From NCBI GenBank assembly GCA_050945795.1, contig JBMNTP010000001.1:166879-230878 (forward strand): a stretch of 64,000 nt of DNA, written 5' to 3'. Origin of the DNA: Christensenellales bacterium (GTDB lineage Bacteria; Bacillota; Clostridia; Christensenellales; MGBC116941). A program made the translations under genes and the position numbers. Numbering within the stretch: position 1 is the stretch's first letter; each line of letters starts with the position of its first letter. Below the pieces are notes generated by a model that saw only the letters and a program-made list of their open reading frames with translations, was not told the DNA's origin and searched no databases. Shown piece by piece: positions 9,735 to 19,674 of the stretch.

Positions 9735-10469
9735 TCATTCGCCCTCCTTAAATACTCCGAGAGGATAATAAGGAACCATATCGCTCTCCACCCATTTAAG
9801 CGCCTCAACAGGAGACATTCCCCAGTTTGTCGGGCAGGTTGACAATACCTCTATCATGGTAAACCCCTTGCCCTCCATTTGATATTTAAACGCCTTTTTA
9901 ATAGCCTTCTTAGCCTTTATAACATTCGCCACCGTATTGACCGCCACGCGCTCTATATAGTAAGCGCCTTTTTGAGTAGAGAGCATTTCGCTCATCTTTA
10001 GCGGATACCCGTTGTGCTCTTCAGCGCGTCCGTAAGGCGATGTCGTTGTCTTTTGGCCTATAAGCGTCATAGGCGACATCTGCCCTCCCGTCATGCCGTA
10101 TATGGCGTTGTTTATAAATATGGTGGTTATTTTCTCACCCCGCCCGGCGGCGTGTGTTATCTCGGCGGCTCCTATCGAAGCGAGGTCGCCGTCGCCCTGA
10201 TATGTAAACACCACCGCATCATTATGCACCCGCTTTATACCGGTAGCTACAGCCGGCGCGCGGCCATGGGCCGCCTCCTGCATGTCAAAATTAAAATATT
10301 TATACGCAAACACAGCGCATCCTACCGGAGCCACGCCTACAATCTTATCCGCGCCTAGCTCCTCAAGGCTTTCGGCAACCAGCCGGTGGACTATGCCATG
10401 CGTGCATCCGGGACAATAATGCATTGTAACATCGGTAAGGTACGGGGTCTTTTTAAATACTGTCGCCAT
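9735..10469 (-). CDS. 2-oxoacid:ferredoxin oxidoreductase, beta (TPP-binding) subunit
   Basis: HYCPGCTHGI Cys motif and GDGDLASIGAAE TPP-binding motif. 244 aa. Confidence 0.9.
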   Translation of the reverse strand: MATVFKKTPYLTDVTMHYCPGCTHGIVHRLVAESLEELGADKIVGVAPVGCAVFAYKYFNFDMQEAAHGRAPAVATGIKRVHNDAVVFTYQGDGDLASIGAAEITHAAGRGEKITTIFINNAIYGMTGGQMSPMTLIGQKTTTSPYGRAEEHNGYPLKMSEMLSTQKGAYYIERVAVNTVANVIKAKKAIKKAFKYQMEGKGFTMIEVLSTCPTNWGMSPVEALKWVESDMVPYYPLGVFKEGE

Positions 10470-11521
10470 TACTTTACCCCTCCTTTTATAACATCAACTA
10501 TCTCTTGCGGCGTAGGTATAACGCTGCCCACTCTGGCTACAAGCTCAACCGGCTTTTTACCATTTACGCCCAGCCTTACATCCTCAACCATCTGTCCGGC
10601 ATTCATCTCTACACAAACAAATTTCTTAACGCTTTCCCTGTTCGCCGCCTCTTCAAACGCCTTGTAAGGGAAAGGCCAAACCGTTATAGGACGAATCATG
10701 CCGACTTTTAGGCCTTCTGAGCGCGCTTGCGCCACCGCGCTCTTGCATATGCGAGAAACTGTGCCGTAAGCGGTTAGTATGACTTCGGCGTCCTCTGTCA
10801 TATACTCCTCAAAGCGCGTTTCCTTCTCCTCTATAATCTTGTAATTGGCTTGCAGCCTGAGGTTAAGCGCCTCAAGCGCTTCTGTTTCTATATAAAGGGA
10901 ATTAACTACCGTTCTGTCGTCTCCATATTTTCCAGTCGTAGCCCACGGCTTGTCAAAGCTTTTTACATCAAATTCTTTAAACTCAACCGGCTCCATCATC
11001 TGGCCTATCATGCCGTCGCCAAGTATCATGCACGGCATCCTGTATTCATCCGCCAAATCAAATGCGAGATGCACCATATCCGCCGCTTCCTGAACAGAGC
11101 CGGGCGCCAGCGTCAACACTTTGTAATCGCCGTGTCCGCCGCCTTTTGTGGCCTGGAAATAGTCACCCTGCGCCGCCTGTATGGAGCCTAGCCCCGGGCC
11201 GCCGCGCACTATATTTACTATAACAACCGGCAGCTCTGCGCCGGCTATATAAGAAATTCCTTCCTGCTTTAAGCTTATCCCCGGGCTGGAGCTCGATGTC
11301 ATAACCCTCGCTCCCGCTCCCGCCGCGCCATAGCACATATTAATAGCCGCAACTTCGCTTTCAGCCTGCAGGAAGCATCCATTAACCTGCGGCATCCTGC
11401 GCGCCATATATTCGGGTATCTGGTTCTGAGGCGTTATAGGGTAGCCGAAGAAAAACCGGCATCCGGCCTGTATAGCCGCTTCCGCGATCGCCTCATTGCC
11501 TTTCATCAATTTTTTTGCCAT
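10469..11521 (-). CDS. 2-oxoacid:ferredoxin oxidoreductase, alpha subunit
   Basis: MAKKLMKGNEAIAEAAIQAGCRFFFGYPITPQNQIPEY..., the typical KorA/VorB N-terminus. 350 aa. It overlaps the beta start by 1 nt. Confidence 0.9.
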   Translation of the reverse strand: MAKKLMKGNEAIAEAAIQAGCRFFFGYPITPQNQIPEYMARRMPQVNGCFLQAESEVAAINMCYGAAGAGARVMTSSSSPGISLKQEGISYIAGAELPVVIVNIVRGGPGLGSIQAAQGDYFQATKGGGHGDYKVLTLAPGSVQEAADMVHLAFDLADEYRMPCMILGDGMIGQMMEPVEFKEFDVKSFDKPWATTGKYGDDRTVVNSLYIETEALEALNLRLQANYKIIEEKETRFEEYMTEDAEVILTAYGTVSRICKSAVAQARSEGLKVGMIRPITVWPFPYKAFEEAANRESVKKFVCVEMNAGQMVEDVRLGVNGKKPVELVARVGSVIPTPQEIVDVIKGGVK

Positions 11522-11533
11522 ATCAATACTCCA

Positions 11534-11737
11534 TCACCTTTCAACTTCAATAACTGTATCCGGACACATCCTGGCGCAGGCCGCGCAGCCGGTGCACTTT
11601 GACATATCAAAAACCTCTGCGGCAAAATAGCCTTTAAGATTAATTGTGTCAGATATGCGGATTATTTTCATAGGACAAACATGAACGCAAAGGCCGCAAC
11701 CCTTGCATTCCTCATGGTCTATATTAGCCGTTCCCAT
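11534..11737 (-). CDS. 2-oxoacid:ferredoxin oxidoreductase, delta (2x[4Fe-4S] ferredoxin) subunit
   Basis: 67 aa with CKGCGLCVHVCP and CTGCAACARMCP cluster motifs. First gene of the four-gene operon. Confidence 0.85.
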   Translation of the reverse strand: MGTANIDHEECKGCGLCVHVCPMKIIRISDTINLKGYFAAEVFDMSKCTGCAACARMCPDTVIEVER

Positions 11738-12012
11738 ACAAGCCGCCTCCTAAATATATTTCACCGTAAATACGGTATTGATCTTTTACCGCAGCCCTCG
11801 ATTACCAATCATGTATAAACCCGTCAAGCTGTGTGCATATAAAAACATTATATATCTAATAACATGCATGCGTCAACGATGATGAGTGTATATAAATAAA
11901 CCCAAAAACCACCGGTACAATTACTCCGCTTCAATGTTGCTTTTGAATCGGATGTTGTTAAGCGGCTTGTATTGCAGTAGAATATAGGCATCTAATGAAT
12001 TTGGAGAATGCT

Positions 12013-12684
12013 ATGCGCACAATTAAAGTATTTTTCGGAGGATACGGCTCCGGCAAGACGGAACTTTCCATAAATACCGCTTTAAACAATCTGCCGCGCC
12101 CCACCGCGCTCGCGGATATAGATATTGTAAACCCTTTTTTCCGCTCCAGCGAAAGAAGAGCACTGCTTGAAGAGCAAGGAGTAAAGGTTATAGCGCCTAT
12201 GTACGCTCTTACAAACATAGACTCCCCCGTACTGCCGCCCGCACTGCGCGGCCTGCTTATGGACAAAACGACCGACGCTGTTATAGATGCCGGCGGCGAT
12301 CCGGTTGGTGCGGCGGCGCTGGGCGGTTATCACGAATACCTTGATGGCAAAGCAGAGATGCTTTTCGTTATAAATACCATGCGCCCGCTTACCTCAACCT
12401 ATGACGATATAATGTATATGCTCTCGGCGGTACAGTCGCGCGCGCGGGTTGAAGCCACCGGCCTAATAAACAACACAAACCTCGCCACCCACACTACAGC
12501 GAGAATGCTGCTAAAGGGCAGAGAGGTTATAGAGAAAGTGTCGGCTAAAAGTGGGGTTCCTATTAAGTTTGTATCTGGCACCAAAGCCATACTTGACGAA
12601 TATAAAGCGTTAGGCGAGCCAGAAGCGCCGCTTATGCCTATAAATATTTACATGCGGCCGGAATGGCTAGACTCAACGGAATAA
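12013..12684 (+). CDS. P-loop NTPase (MinD/ParA/CooC-like), function unknown
   Basis: The ATG at 12013 has a GGAGA RBS 6 nt upstream. MRTIKVFFGGYGSGKTELS is a Walker A motif and VIDAGGDP is Walker B-like. It is divergent from the oxidoreductase operon. Confidence 0.55.
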   Translation: MRTIKVFFGGYGSGKTELSINTALNNLPRPTALADIDIVNPFFRSSERRALLEEQGVKVIAPMYALTNIDSPVLPPALRGLLMDKTTDAVIDAGGDPVGAAALGGYHEYLDGKAEMLFVINTMRPLTSTYDDIMYMLSAVQSRARVEATGLINNTNLATHTTARMLLKGREVIEKVSAKSGVPIKFVSGTKAILDEYKALGEPEAPLMPINIYMRPEWLDSTE

Positions 12685-12894
12685 GCGGCAATTTATGTGT
12701 GGGCGGCGCCCATCACCATCTTCTTTGCCGATACACGTTCCGGATTTTAATTAAGGAAAGAACTCCAATATACACTTGCGACGGGATTCTTAAGGGGCTG
12801 GTCCCTTAAGCGGGGGTTTGGGGGCGGAGCCTACAACATCTCCACATCTTCGAAGCCTCCAACGTCCTAACTTCCCCAATGTTATCACAACAGC

Positions 12895-12919
12895 AAAAAG
12901 CGCGCGTACGCGCGCTTTT
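12895..12919. terminator. bidirectional terminator between the P-loop gene and cdaR
   Basis: AAAAAGCGCGCG-TA-CGCGCGCTTTT. A perfect GC stem is flanked by an A-run and a T-run. Confidence 0.7.
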
Positions 12920-12939
12920 GTTATCCGTTTTTACTTAAA

Positions 12940-14175
12940 TCATCTTATAGTCACATTAATACTGGCCGGCGATATAAACACATCTTTCTCCATAAGCTCC
13001 TCGGGCAACGAGTACCTTACCTCAAGCTCATGCCGCCCCTTAGACAACCCCGCCACATCTACAAACAGTTTTATATCATCCGCCTTCATTGACTTAACAA
13101 GGCTGGCCTTACCGGTTATTGTAACATCGGCGGTGGCGCGATCCGGAGTTACAGTAACGCCTTTCGCGCCGCTTATATCAATAGGCAGATTTTCGAACTG
13201 GCGTATTTCACGCTTTTCAGTTATCTGCACCTTTATCTCAACCTCATCCCCGCTTATAACCTTAAGACCCGACGGCACCGTAAGCCGGTACACGCCTATA
13301 ATATCTTTATTGGCGTTCTGCACATCTATGCTTTCGACTCTTAAAGCAAATGTTCTTGCCATAATATCAGGATCGCCTACAATCTCAACTGTTTGAGGGA
13401 ACGCCTCCATTGAGCGCACCTCATAGCCCGGCGCTATGTCGTCTATGCCGGCGAGCGATCCCGCCACATCCACATTTACAGTCTTTTTAGGCAATACCTC
13501 CATGCGCGCTATTACAGAATAGTCGCTGCCAAGATAGTTTTCCTCAAGCTGTCTGCCCTCGGCGTCAAAAAACTTTACCTTTATGTTTTCATTTACGGTT
13601 GAAGTAAGATTTGTAAGCGTTATATCGCATACCGCCTTGCTTACCTTGTCGATGTCTTCTTTGGCGCCCTTTAGCATTATAGTTTCCGGCGTAAGCTGCG
13701 CCACGCCCGCCCAATACCCGATAGGCGGCGAGCCTATAAGATTTACCTCGACAGGAATCTCGCGCTCGGCTATTACATCTATATCAAGCGTGACATATTC
13801 CGGCGATACCGGCGATACCTTTACCATAGTCATGCTTTCGGTCTGTATTTTAAGAGTATGCTGCCCTACTTTGTTTATCTTTGATAAATCTATATAAGCG
13901 GTTATGTTATCTCTTGTAATATAATTAAGGTCGTTAAGAGGGCCCTCAAGCTCAACGCTTACATCTTCAAGTATTGTTTTTATATCGCCGCGTATTGTAA
14001 GCCCGAGGTCTTTCATAACCGATTCATTTCTAAGCTGAACGGTAACGTTATTTATTGTTTTATCCCTTACCGGGTTTGTCTCGCTTAACACATAGTTCCA
14101 AAGCAGTATCGCGAAAAATATCGATACCAGCTTCATAAATGTGTTTCTTTTAAAAAACTCAGTTAGCTTTTCCAT
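12940..14175 (-). CDS. cdaR: CdaR (YbbR-domain) regulator of diadenylate cyclase
   Basis: From the ATG at 14175: MEKLTEFFKRNTFMKLVSIFFAILLWNYV (typical YbbR N-terminus), followed by repeated beta-rich YbbR-like modules. It overlaps the cdaA stop by 17 nt. Confidence 0.85.
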   Translation of the reverse strand: MEKLTEFFKRNTFMKLVSIFFAILLWNYVLSETNPVRDKTINNVTVQLRNESVMKDLGLTIRGDIKTILEDVSVELEGPLNDLNYITRDNITAYIDLSKINKVGQHTLKIQTESMTMVKVSPVSPEYVTLDIDVIAEREIPVEVNLIGSPPIGYWAGVAQLTPETIMLKGAKEDIDKVSKAVCDITLTNLTSTVNENIKVKFFDAEGRQLEENYLGSDYSVIARMEVLPKKTVNVDVAGSLAGIDDIAPGYEVRSMEAFPQTVEIVGDPDIMARTFALRVESIDVQNANKDIIGVYRLTVPSGLKVISGDEVEIKVQITEKREIRQFENLPIDISGAKGVTVTPDRATADVTITGKASLVKSMKADDIKLFVDVAGLSKGRHELEVRYSLPEELMEKDVFISPASINVTIR

Positions 14176-15016
14176 TTTTAGCCTTCCTTTTGAGCAATCC
14201 CACAAGAGAGCCGCCGCCTTCCGGCTCTTTTATAAACAGGCTTACCAGCAAATCCCTTAGCGCCTTTGAATCAAGGTATCTTATGAGCCTGCCCTCCCTG
14301 GCCATGGATATAACGCCGGTCTCCTCCGATACTATTATAGTAACGCTGTCAGATACCTCGCTTACTCCAAGAGCGGCGCGGTGCCTTGTGCCAAGTTCCT
14401 TTCCTATCTCCTTATTGCTGCTAAGAGGCAAAAAGCAACCGGCTGCATATATAAGCGGGCCTCTCAATATGGTTGCCCCGTCATGAAGCGGCGTATCCGG
14501 CTCGAATATGTTTTCAATAAGGGCGGCGGATATGCGCGCGTTTATAACTGTGCCGGTTTCAGCAATATCTCTTAGTCCGATTTTTCTTTCAAATACCATA
14601 AGAGCGCCTATCTGTCTTTTCGACATGCTGAGTATGGCGGTGTGCAGCTCATTTACGGCGCCTTCATACATCTGCTGCTCGGTTTCGGCATATTTATCGA
14701 ATATAGCGCCGCGGCCTATCTGCTCAAGCGCCCGCCTAAGCTCAGGCTGGAACAATATTACTATAACTATGGCTCCTGATTGTATGAGGTAATTAAGAAC
14801 CCATGATATAGATGAAAGCTTTAAAAGCTCGGCGACAAAAGCGGCTATAAGTATAACTCCTAAACCCTTTACAACCTGAACGGCGCGGGTTTTTTTTGTA
14901 AGCTTAAGAAGCTGGTAGATAAGTATAGCCACCAACAAAATGTCTATTACGTCTCGGAAGTTGAATTGTTTTAGTCCTTGCAGGACATTCGCGTATATAT
15001 CTGCCAAGCACCGCAC
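14159..15016 (-). CDS. cdaA: diadenylate cyclase CdaA
   Basis: Three N-terminal TM helices, then a DAC domain with the motifs DGATILRG and GTRHRAALGVSEVSDSVTIIVSEETG. GTG start. Confidence 0.9.
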   Translation of the reverse strand: MRCLADIYANVLQGLKQFNFRDVIDILLVAILIYQLLKLTKKTRAVQVVKGLGVILIAAFVAELLKLSSISWVLNYLIQSGAIVIVILFQPELRRALEQIGRGAIFDKYAETEQQMYEGAVNELHTAILSMSKRQIGALMVFERKIGLRDIAETGTVINARISAALIENIFEPDTPLHDGATILRGPLIYAAGCFLPLSSNKEIGKELGTRHRAALGVSEVSDSVTIIVSEETGVISMAREGRLIRYLDSKALRDLLVSLFIKEPEGGGSLVGLLKRKAKNGKAN

Positions 15017-15160
15017 TCCATTCCGCTGTAATCAAATCGTATACATTTATATTATAGCCTTATATACGCCCCAAGCGCAAACATTTATACTGCCGCCGCC
15101 CGCCGCTTATAAAGCTTATCCACGTTTACTAAAATAAAAAGCGCTATGCAGCGCAAAAAG

Positions 15161-15376
15161 CTAGTCTTCGCTGTTTTGTATTCCCCTTTTGTTGTATTCA
15201 TTCATTATCATGTCCACCTTTCGACTCTGCTCGAAAATTTTGTTGCTCGCTAGCCTGCCGGTGGCCTTGAACTCGTCTTCAGCCATCTTCTCCAGCCTTT
15301 TGCGCTCTGCGGCTAGGGAATTAAGCAGCTCCTGATTGCTCAATTCCTTAATTTTTCTTCTCCCCGCCAAATCCAT
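15161..15376 (-). CDS. Spo0E-like aspartyl-phosphate phosphatase family protein (tentative)
   Basis: The C-terminal motif SRKVDMIMNEY matches the Spo0E-family SQELDxLINEY box and is preceded by a helical region. The start is uncertain: either ATG 15376 or TTG 15370, which sits 7 nt after GGAGG. The 100-aa ORF in the track is probably over-extended. Confidence 0.45.
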   Translation of the reverse strand: MDLAGRRKIKELSNQELLNSLAAERKRLEKMAEDEFKATGRLASNKIFEQSRKVDMIMNEYNKRGIQNSED

Positions 15377-15547
15377 ACCTCCATAGTCGTGCGTCAAATA
15401 TTTAATGCGGGCGCTGCTTCCCCCGCTCGCGCATTCTATGTTGCGCGCGCCGTTTTTATGCAATATACTGTTTTTATGTTATATGCTTGATATATGCCTA
15501 TACTAATATACATCCGCATCACAATCCAATCATATTAGGAGAACAGC

Positions 15548-15787
15548 ATGCACCCTGTAGTAGACCGTTTCGAAAACGGATTAGCCGTAATTATCGAAGG
15601 CGAACAGCGCTTTACTCTTGAGCTGTCCTCTCTTCCCGACGGCATACGCGAAGGCGATTGCTTAAAGTTTGAAAACGGCGTTTGGCAAAAGGATGAGCAA
15701 GCCACACTGCTCCTTAGGCAAAAGGCTGAAACCCTTGCCAATAAGCTTTTCAAGCGCCGTCGTGATCGCCATAACCCACCTCAATAA
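15548..15787 (+). CDS. DUF3006-like small protein
   Basis: MHPVVDRFENGLAVIIEGEQRFTLELSSLPDGIREGDCLKFENGVW fits the DUF3006 pattern (xVDRFEgdxAVle...lP....EGD). GGAGAA RBS upstream. Confidence 0.6.
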   Translation: MHPVVDRFENGLAVIIEGEQRFTLELSSLPDGIREGDCLKFENGVWQKDEQATLLLRQKAETLANKLFKRRRDRHNPPQ

Positions 15788-16508
15788 GCATAGCCCTTAC
15801 AATAAGCCGCTTAGCGTTACTAACGCCGCCCGCCGCCTGACACGTTGTCAGCGTAAGCGCGGAGTAGTCGGTTTGCTTAACCGGCGACCAGTCGGTTTTA
15901 TCAACTATATAAACTTTTTCAACCTCATAAACGAAAACACCCTCGCTATTATACACATTTATGCGGCTGCCGGGGTCAAGTTCGTTTAATTTTCTAAAAT
16001 AATCCGCCGGACCCGTTCTGTGCGCCGCTATGCAGGTATTGCCAACATACCCCGGCATAGGCGACGAGGGGTAATACGCCGCGCCTACTCGCATCTTTTT
16101 ATACATGTCCGAGCTGCTTAAAGGCACAAAAACCGATACCTTAAGCTCTATGTCCGGTATCACCATAAGCGCGTCCGGATCTTCTTCCCCGTCAAACGAG
16201 GGGAGATTAAAGAGCGTTGTGGCATCGGTATCAGGAACATCTTCCCATTCTTCTAACAGTTCAGCCCCTTCATATAAAGGCAACTCCAGATCACGCGCGG
16301 CTACAAATTGCTCCGGCATTTGGTATTCCGCCTCAAATCTGTCGGTGGCGCTTTTCGCCGCCCGTTTTACGATACAGTCAAGCGCGGCGGCATAGCCCGC
16401 CATAACAAGCCCGGCTATTATAAGGAGAATCGCCGGCAACCTAATCCATTTTTTTCGCGCCCAGCCGCCGGACGCCGCTTTATTCCGGCTTAAATCAGCT
16501 TTGCCCAA
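15750..16508 (-). CDS. sortase family transpeptidase
   Basis: N-terminal TM anchor, catalytic His context (CIAAHRTG) and the TLxTC motif (LTLTTCQ). TTG start, uncertain. The 3' end overlaps the convergent DUF3006 gene by 38 nt. Confidence 0.8.
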   Translation of the reverse strand: MGKADLSRNKAASGGWARKKWIRLPAILLIIAGLVMAGYAAALDCIVKRAAKSATDRFEAEYQMPEQFVAARDLELPLYEGAELLEEWEDVPDTDATTLFNLPSFDGEEDPDALMVIPDIELKVSVFVPLSSSDMYKKMRVGAAYYPSSPMPGYVGNTCIAAHRTGPADYFRKLNELDPGSRINVYNSEGVFVYEVEKVYIVDKTDWSPVKQTDYSALTLTTCQAAGGVSNAKRLIVRAMLIEVGYGDHDGA

Positions 16509-16664
16509 ACTAAGTTATCTCCAGTTCTAACGCGCTTATGCTATTACTCATATAACCGCCTTATTCGGTCAAGCGTTTAATAAATCCTGCTAAAAAACAA
16601 ACCCCCGCGCTTTTTCTTTTTTTATTGCAAAAATGTTTATAATAATATATTATTTATACATCTT

Positions 16665-16676
16665 ATTTATATAAAT
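16665..16676. promoter_or_regulatory. candidate MarR operator (perfect palindrome ATTTATATAAAT)
   Basis: A 12-nt perfect palindrome lies about 50 nt upstream of the marR-family gene. The flanking direct repeat TTATTTATA occurs twice. Assignment to MarR is inference only. Confidence 0.25.
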
Positions 16677-16724
16677 TTAACAATTATCTCATCGACGCCG
16701 CGCCGCGCCGGTGATTTAGGGGGA

Positions 16725-17168
16725 ATGGTCTTGCTTTCATACCTTATGGAAAACATTTCTGAAAAGCTGATATTGCTGCCGCTTTTTTACCGTAAGCTCA
16801 ACGCAGAAGCGGTAGCCGCAAGCGGCTTAGGCTCATCCCAGCTTCAGATACTCGTGCTTTTAAACCGCATGGGCAAGCTGCCGATGTATGAAATAGCCGA
16901 CCGCATCTGCATATCAAAGCCTAACTTAACCCCGCTTATAGATAAGCTGTGCAAAGCCGGCTACGTCGATCGTACGCCGGGCGAGCTGGACAGGCGGGTA
17001 ATTTTCGTTTCCATAACAGGTAAGGGAATGTCTTGCATATACGGCTACAAACAAGCCATGACAAACCTGCTGTCCTATCAACTAAACAAAATGCCTATTC
17101 AGGAACAACAAAAGCTTGATGAGGCGTTTGAAACCATAGTTTCGGCATTCCGCTCATTAAACGAATAA
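16725..17168 (+). CDS. MarR family transcriptional regulator
   Basis: Winged-HTH core LQILVLLNRMGKLPMYEIADRICISKPNLTPLIDKLCKAGYVDRTPGELDRRV. The exact start is uncertain. Confidence 0.8.
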   Translation: MVLLSYLMENISEKLILLPLFYRKLNAEAVAASGLGSSQLQILVLLNRMGKLPMYEIADRICISKPNLTPLIDKLCKAGYVDRTPGELDRRVIFVSITGKGMSCIYGYKQAMTNLLSYQLNKMPIQEQQKLDEAFETIVSAFRSLNE

Positions 17169-17209
17169 ACTACAGCCGATATCCTTATAAAACGGCGTTA
17201 TTTGCTTGG

Positions 17210-18565
17210 CTATTTAAGCCTGCTTTCTATAAGCTTTGCGAGTTCCCACGCGCTTTTATCTATAAGTTGTTTGTCCGGCGCTTCAATCATAACCCTTATT
17301 ACAGGCTCTGTGCCGCTCGGGCGTATAACCACCCTGCCGTTACCTTCAAACAGCTCCTCTATCTCTTTTATTCTTTTTTGTATAACCTCGTCATCTTGAT
17401 ATTTTTGTTTAGCCGAATTTGGCACCCTGGCGTTTATAAGTACCTGCGGATATATCTTTAGCTGCTTTGACATAACCGAAAGCTTTGTCTTCTTTTTCGC
17501 CATTACAGACAGCAGATGAACTCCGGTGAGTATACCGTCCCCAGTGGTATTTTTATCGAGGAATATAATATGGCCGCTTTGCTCCCCGCCAAGGTTGCAG
17601 CCGTCCTGTATCATACGCTCTAATACATACCTGTCGCCTACCTGCGTCTGTATAACATTTATGCCCGCCTTTTCCATGCATTTAATAAGGCCGAGGTTGC
17701 TCATTATAGTCGCTACCAGTGTGTTATTCTTAAGCTGGTTGTTTTCTTTCATATCAAGCGCGCATATAGCCATTATCTTGTCGCCGTCAACTATCATGCC
17801 GTGCTCATCGACGGCTATCAGCCGGTCGGCGTCTCCGTCAAACGCCAGCCCTACGTCGGCTCCAAGCTCTGTAACGAGCTGCTGTAACCGCTGTGGCGAC
17901 GTTGAGCCGCAGTTGTCGTTTATGTTTTTGCCGTCAGGATTGTTGTATATGGGATAAATAGTCGCACCTAGCCTCGCGAAAACATCCTCCGCAACATTGC
18001 TCGCCGCTCCATTCGCGCAATCTAGCACCACCTTCATGCCGCCTAGATGCGTTTCTGTGGTGCCGCAGAGGAAATCGACGTATTCGCGCGAAGCGTTTTT
18101 AATCCTTACCCGCCGCCCCACTCCTTCGCCGGACGGCAGCTTAACACCGCACTCATCTAGCCCTTTTTCTATAACCTCTTCGATATAGTCCTCAATAGCA
18201 TCGGCAAGTTTATGGCCAGACGTGTTGAACAGCTTTATGCCGTTGTATTCAACAGGATTATGCGAAGCCGATATAACTATGCCGGCATCCATGGAATAGT
18301 GCCTTGTAAGGTAGGCTATAGCAGGCGTCGGCAATACGCCGCAAACAACCGCCTCCCCCCCAACAGAGCAAACGCCGGCCACCAGCGCCGATTCGAGCAT
18401 CTCGCCGCTTAGTCTGGTATCGCGGCCTATAAGTATCCTCGGACGCTTTATGGCGCTGGTAAGTGCGTATGTGCCGGCTTGACCCAGCTTAAAAACAATA
18501 TCGCAAGACAGTTCGGTGTTGGCTATGCCTCTTACTCCGTCCGTGCCAAATAATTTTCCCATCAA
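17210..18565 (-). CDS. glmM: phosphoglucosamine mutase
   Basis: MGKLFGTDGVRG N-terminus, active-site SASHNP, metal site FDGDADR, and GEQSGH. Confidence 0.95.
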   Translation of the reverse strand: MMGKLFGTDGVRGIANTELSCDIVFKLGQAGTYALTSAIKRPRILIGRDTRLSGEMLESALVAGVCSVGGEAVVCGVLPTPAIAYLTRHYSMDAGIVISASHNPVEYNGIKLFNTSGHKLADAIEDYIEEVIEKGLDECGVKLPSGEGVGRRVRIKNASREYVDFLCGTTETHLGGMKVVLDCANGAASNVAEDVFARLGATIYPIYNNPDGKNINDNCGSTSPQRLQQLVTELGADVGLAFDGDADRLIAVDEHGMIVDGDKIMAICALDMKENNQLKNNTLVATIMSNLGLIKCMEKAGINVIQTQVGDRYVLERMIQDGCNLGGEQSGHIIFLDKNTTGDGILTGVHLLSVMAKKKTKLSVMSKQLKIYPQVLINARVPNSAKQKYQDDEVIQKRIKEIEELFEGNGRVVIRPSGTEPVIRVMIEAPDKQLIDKSAWELAKLIESRLK

Positions 18566-18718
18566 TATCTTACCTCCAGTTCAGCATATCAATGCCGTTA
18601 GATTATATCATAATATCAGATTGATTAAAACATACCTCTCTAGCCATGTTGCGGCATTATTTTATGCACTTTTTGACCATCGCTGTGGTATACTTATAGA
18701 AAAAAGGAAAAAGCAAAC

Positions 18719-19639
18719 ATGTACGACTCAATAATTATTGGCGCAGGCCCCGCCGGGGTTACCGCCGCTATATATCTAAAGCGGGCCGGCTTAAACGCGC
18801 TTATCATTGAAGCTACCTTCCCGGGCGGGCAGACGGCGTCGGCGGCGCATATAGAAAACTATCCCGGATTTGTGCGCATAACAGGCGCGAAATTCGCAAA
18901 CCAGCTCGGCGTTCATACCCGCAGCCTCGGCGTTGAAATGCTAAACGAGCAAGTTGAGCGCGTAGACTTTTCCGGCGAAATAAAAAGCGTTTTTACCAGC
19001 TCCGGCGAACATAAGGCGAAAACCGTTATAGTGGCTACAGGGGCTAAAAGCCGGCTGCTCGGCGTTAAGGGAGAAGCAGAGCTTTCCGGCTCTGGGGTAA
19101 GCTACTGCGCCACCTGCGACGGCAACTTCTTTAAAGGCATGGACGTGGCGGTGGTAGGAGGCGGCAATACCGCGCTTGAAGACGCCATATACCTTTCAAA
19201 CCTTTGCACCTCGGTAACGCTTATACATCGCCGCGACCAGTTTCGCGCCGACCAGGCCGAAATAGATCGCGTGCGCGCCAAGAAAAATGTCAAAATGGAG
19301 CTGGATTCTACCGTCGATTCCATAGACGGAGAGTTTGGCGTAGACTCGGTTACCATAAGAAACAAACATACCGACGCCGTTAAAACAATACCTGTGCAAG
19401 GCGTTTTTGTGGCGGTAGGGCAACAGCCCGACACCTCGGCTTTTAAAGACTATTTAAATATAGACGCAGGCGGATACATAATTGCCGATGAAAAAACGCA
19501 AACCAATATCCCCGGCGTTTACGCGGCGGGCGATGTAAGGGTTAAAGAGCTAAGGCAGATTGTGACCGCCGTTTCGGACGGGGCGCTTTCCGCCTATTAT
19601 GTGGCAAAATATATAGACGCACGTGCCGAAGCCCGCTAA
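18719..19639 (+). CDS. trxB: thioredoxin-disulfide reductase
   Basis: IIIGAGPAGVTAA FAD motif, redox CATCDG, VVGGGNTALEDA NADPH motif and C-terminal GDV. 306 aa. Confidence 0.95.
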   Translation: MYDSIIIGAGPAGVTAAIYLKRAGLNALIIEATFPGGQTASAAHIENYPGFVRITGAKFANQLGVHTRSLGVEMLNEQVERVDFSGEIKSVFTSSGEHKAKTVIVATGAKSRLLGVKGEAELSGSGVSYCATCDGNFFKGMDVAVVGGGNTALEDAIYLSNLCTSVTLIHRRDQFRADQAEIDRVRAKKNVKMELDSTVDSIDGEFGVDSVTIRNKHTDAVKTIPVQGVFVAVGQQPDTSAFKDYLNIDAGGYIIADEKTQTNIPGVYAAGDVRVKELRQIVTAVSDGALSAYYVAKYIDARAEAR

Positions 19640-19674
19640 AACCATTATAATCGGCACAAAACGGAGCTAAAAGC

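Noticed and set aside
12700-12890. Possible small RNA in the 250-bp gap after the P-loop gene (hairpin CTTAAGGGG-CTGGT-CCCTTAAG, G-rich run).
   Set aside because: There is no promoter-like element, no match to any RNA family I know, and no dedicated terminator other than the shared one at 12895-12919. The evidence is insufficient.
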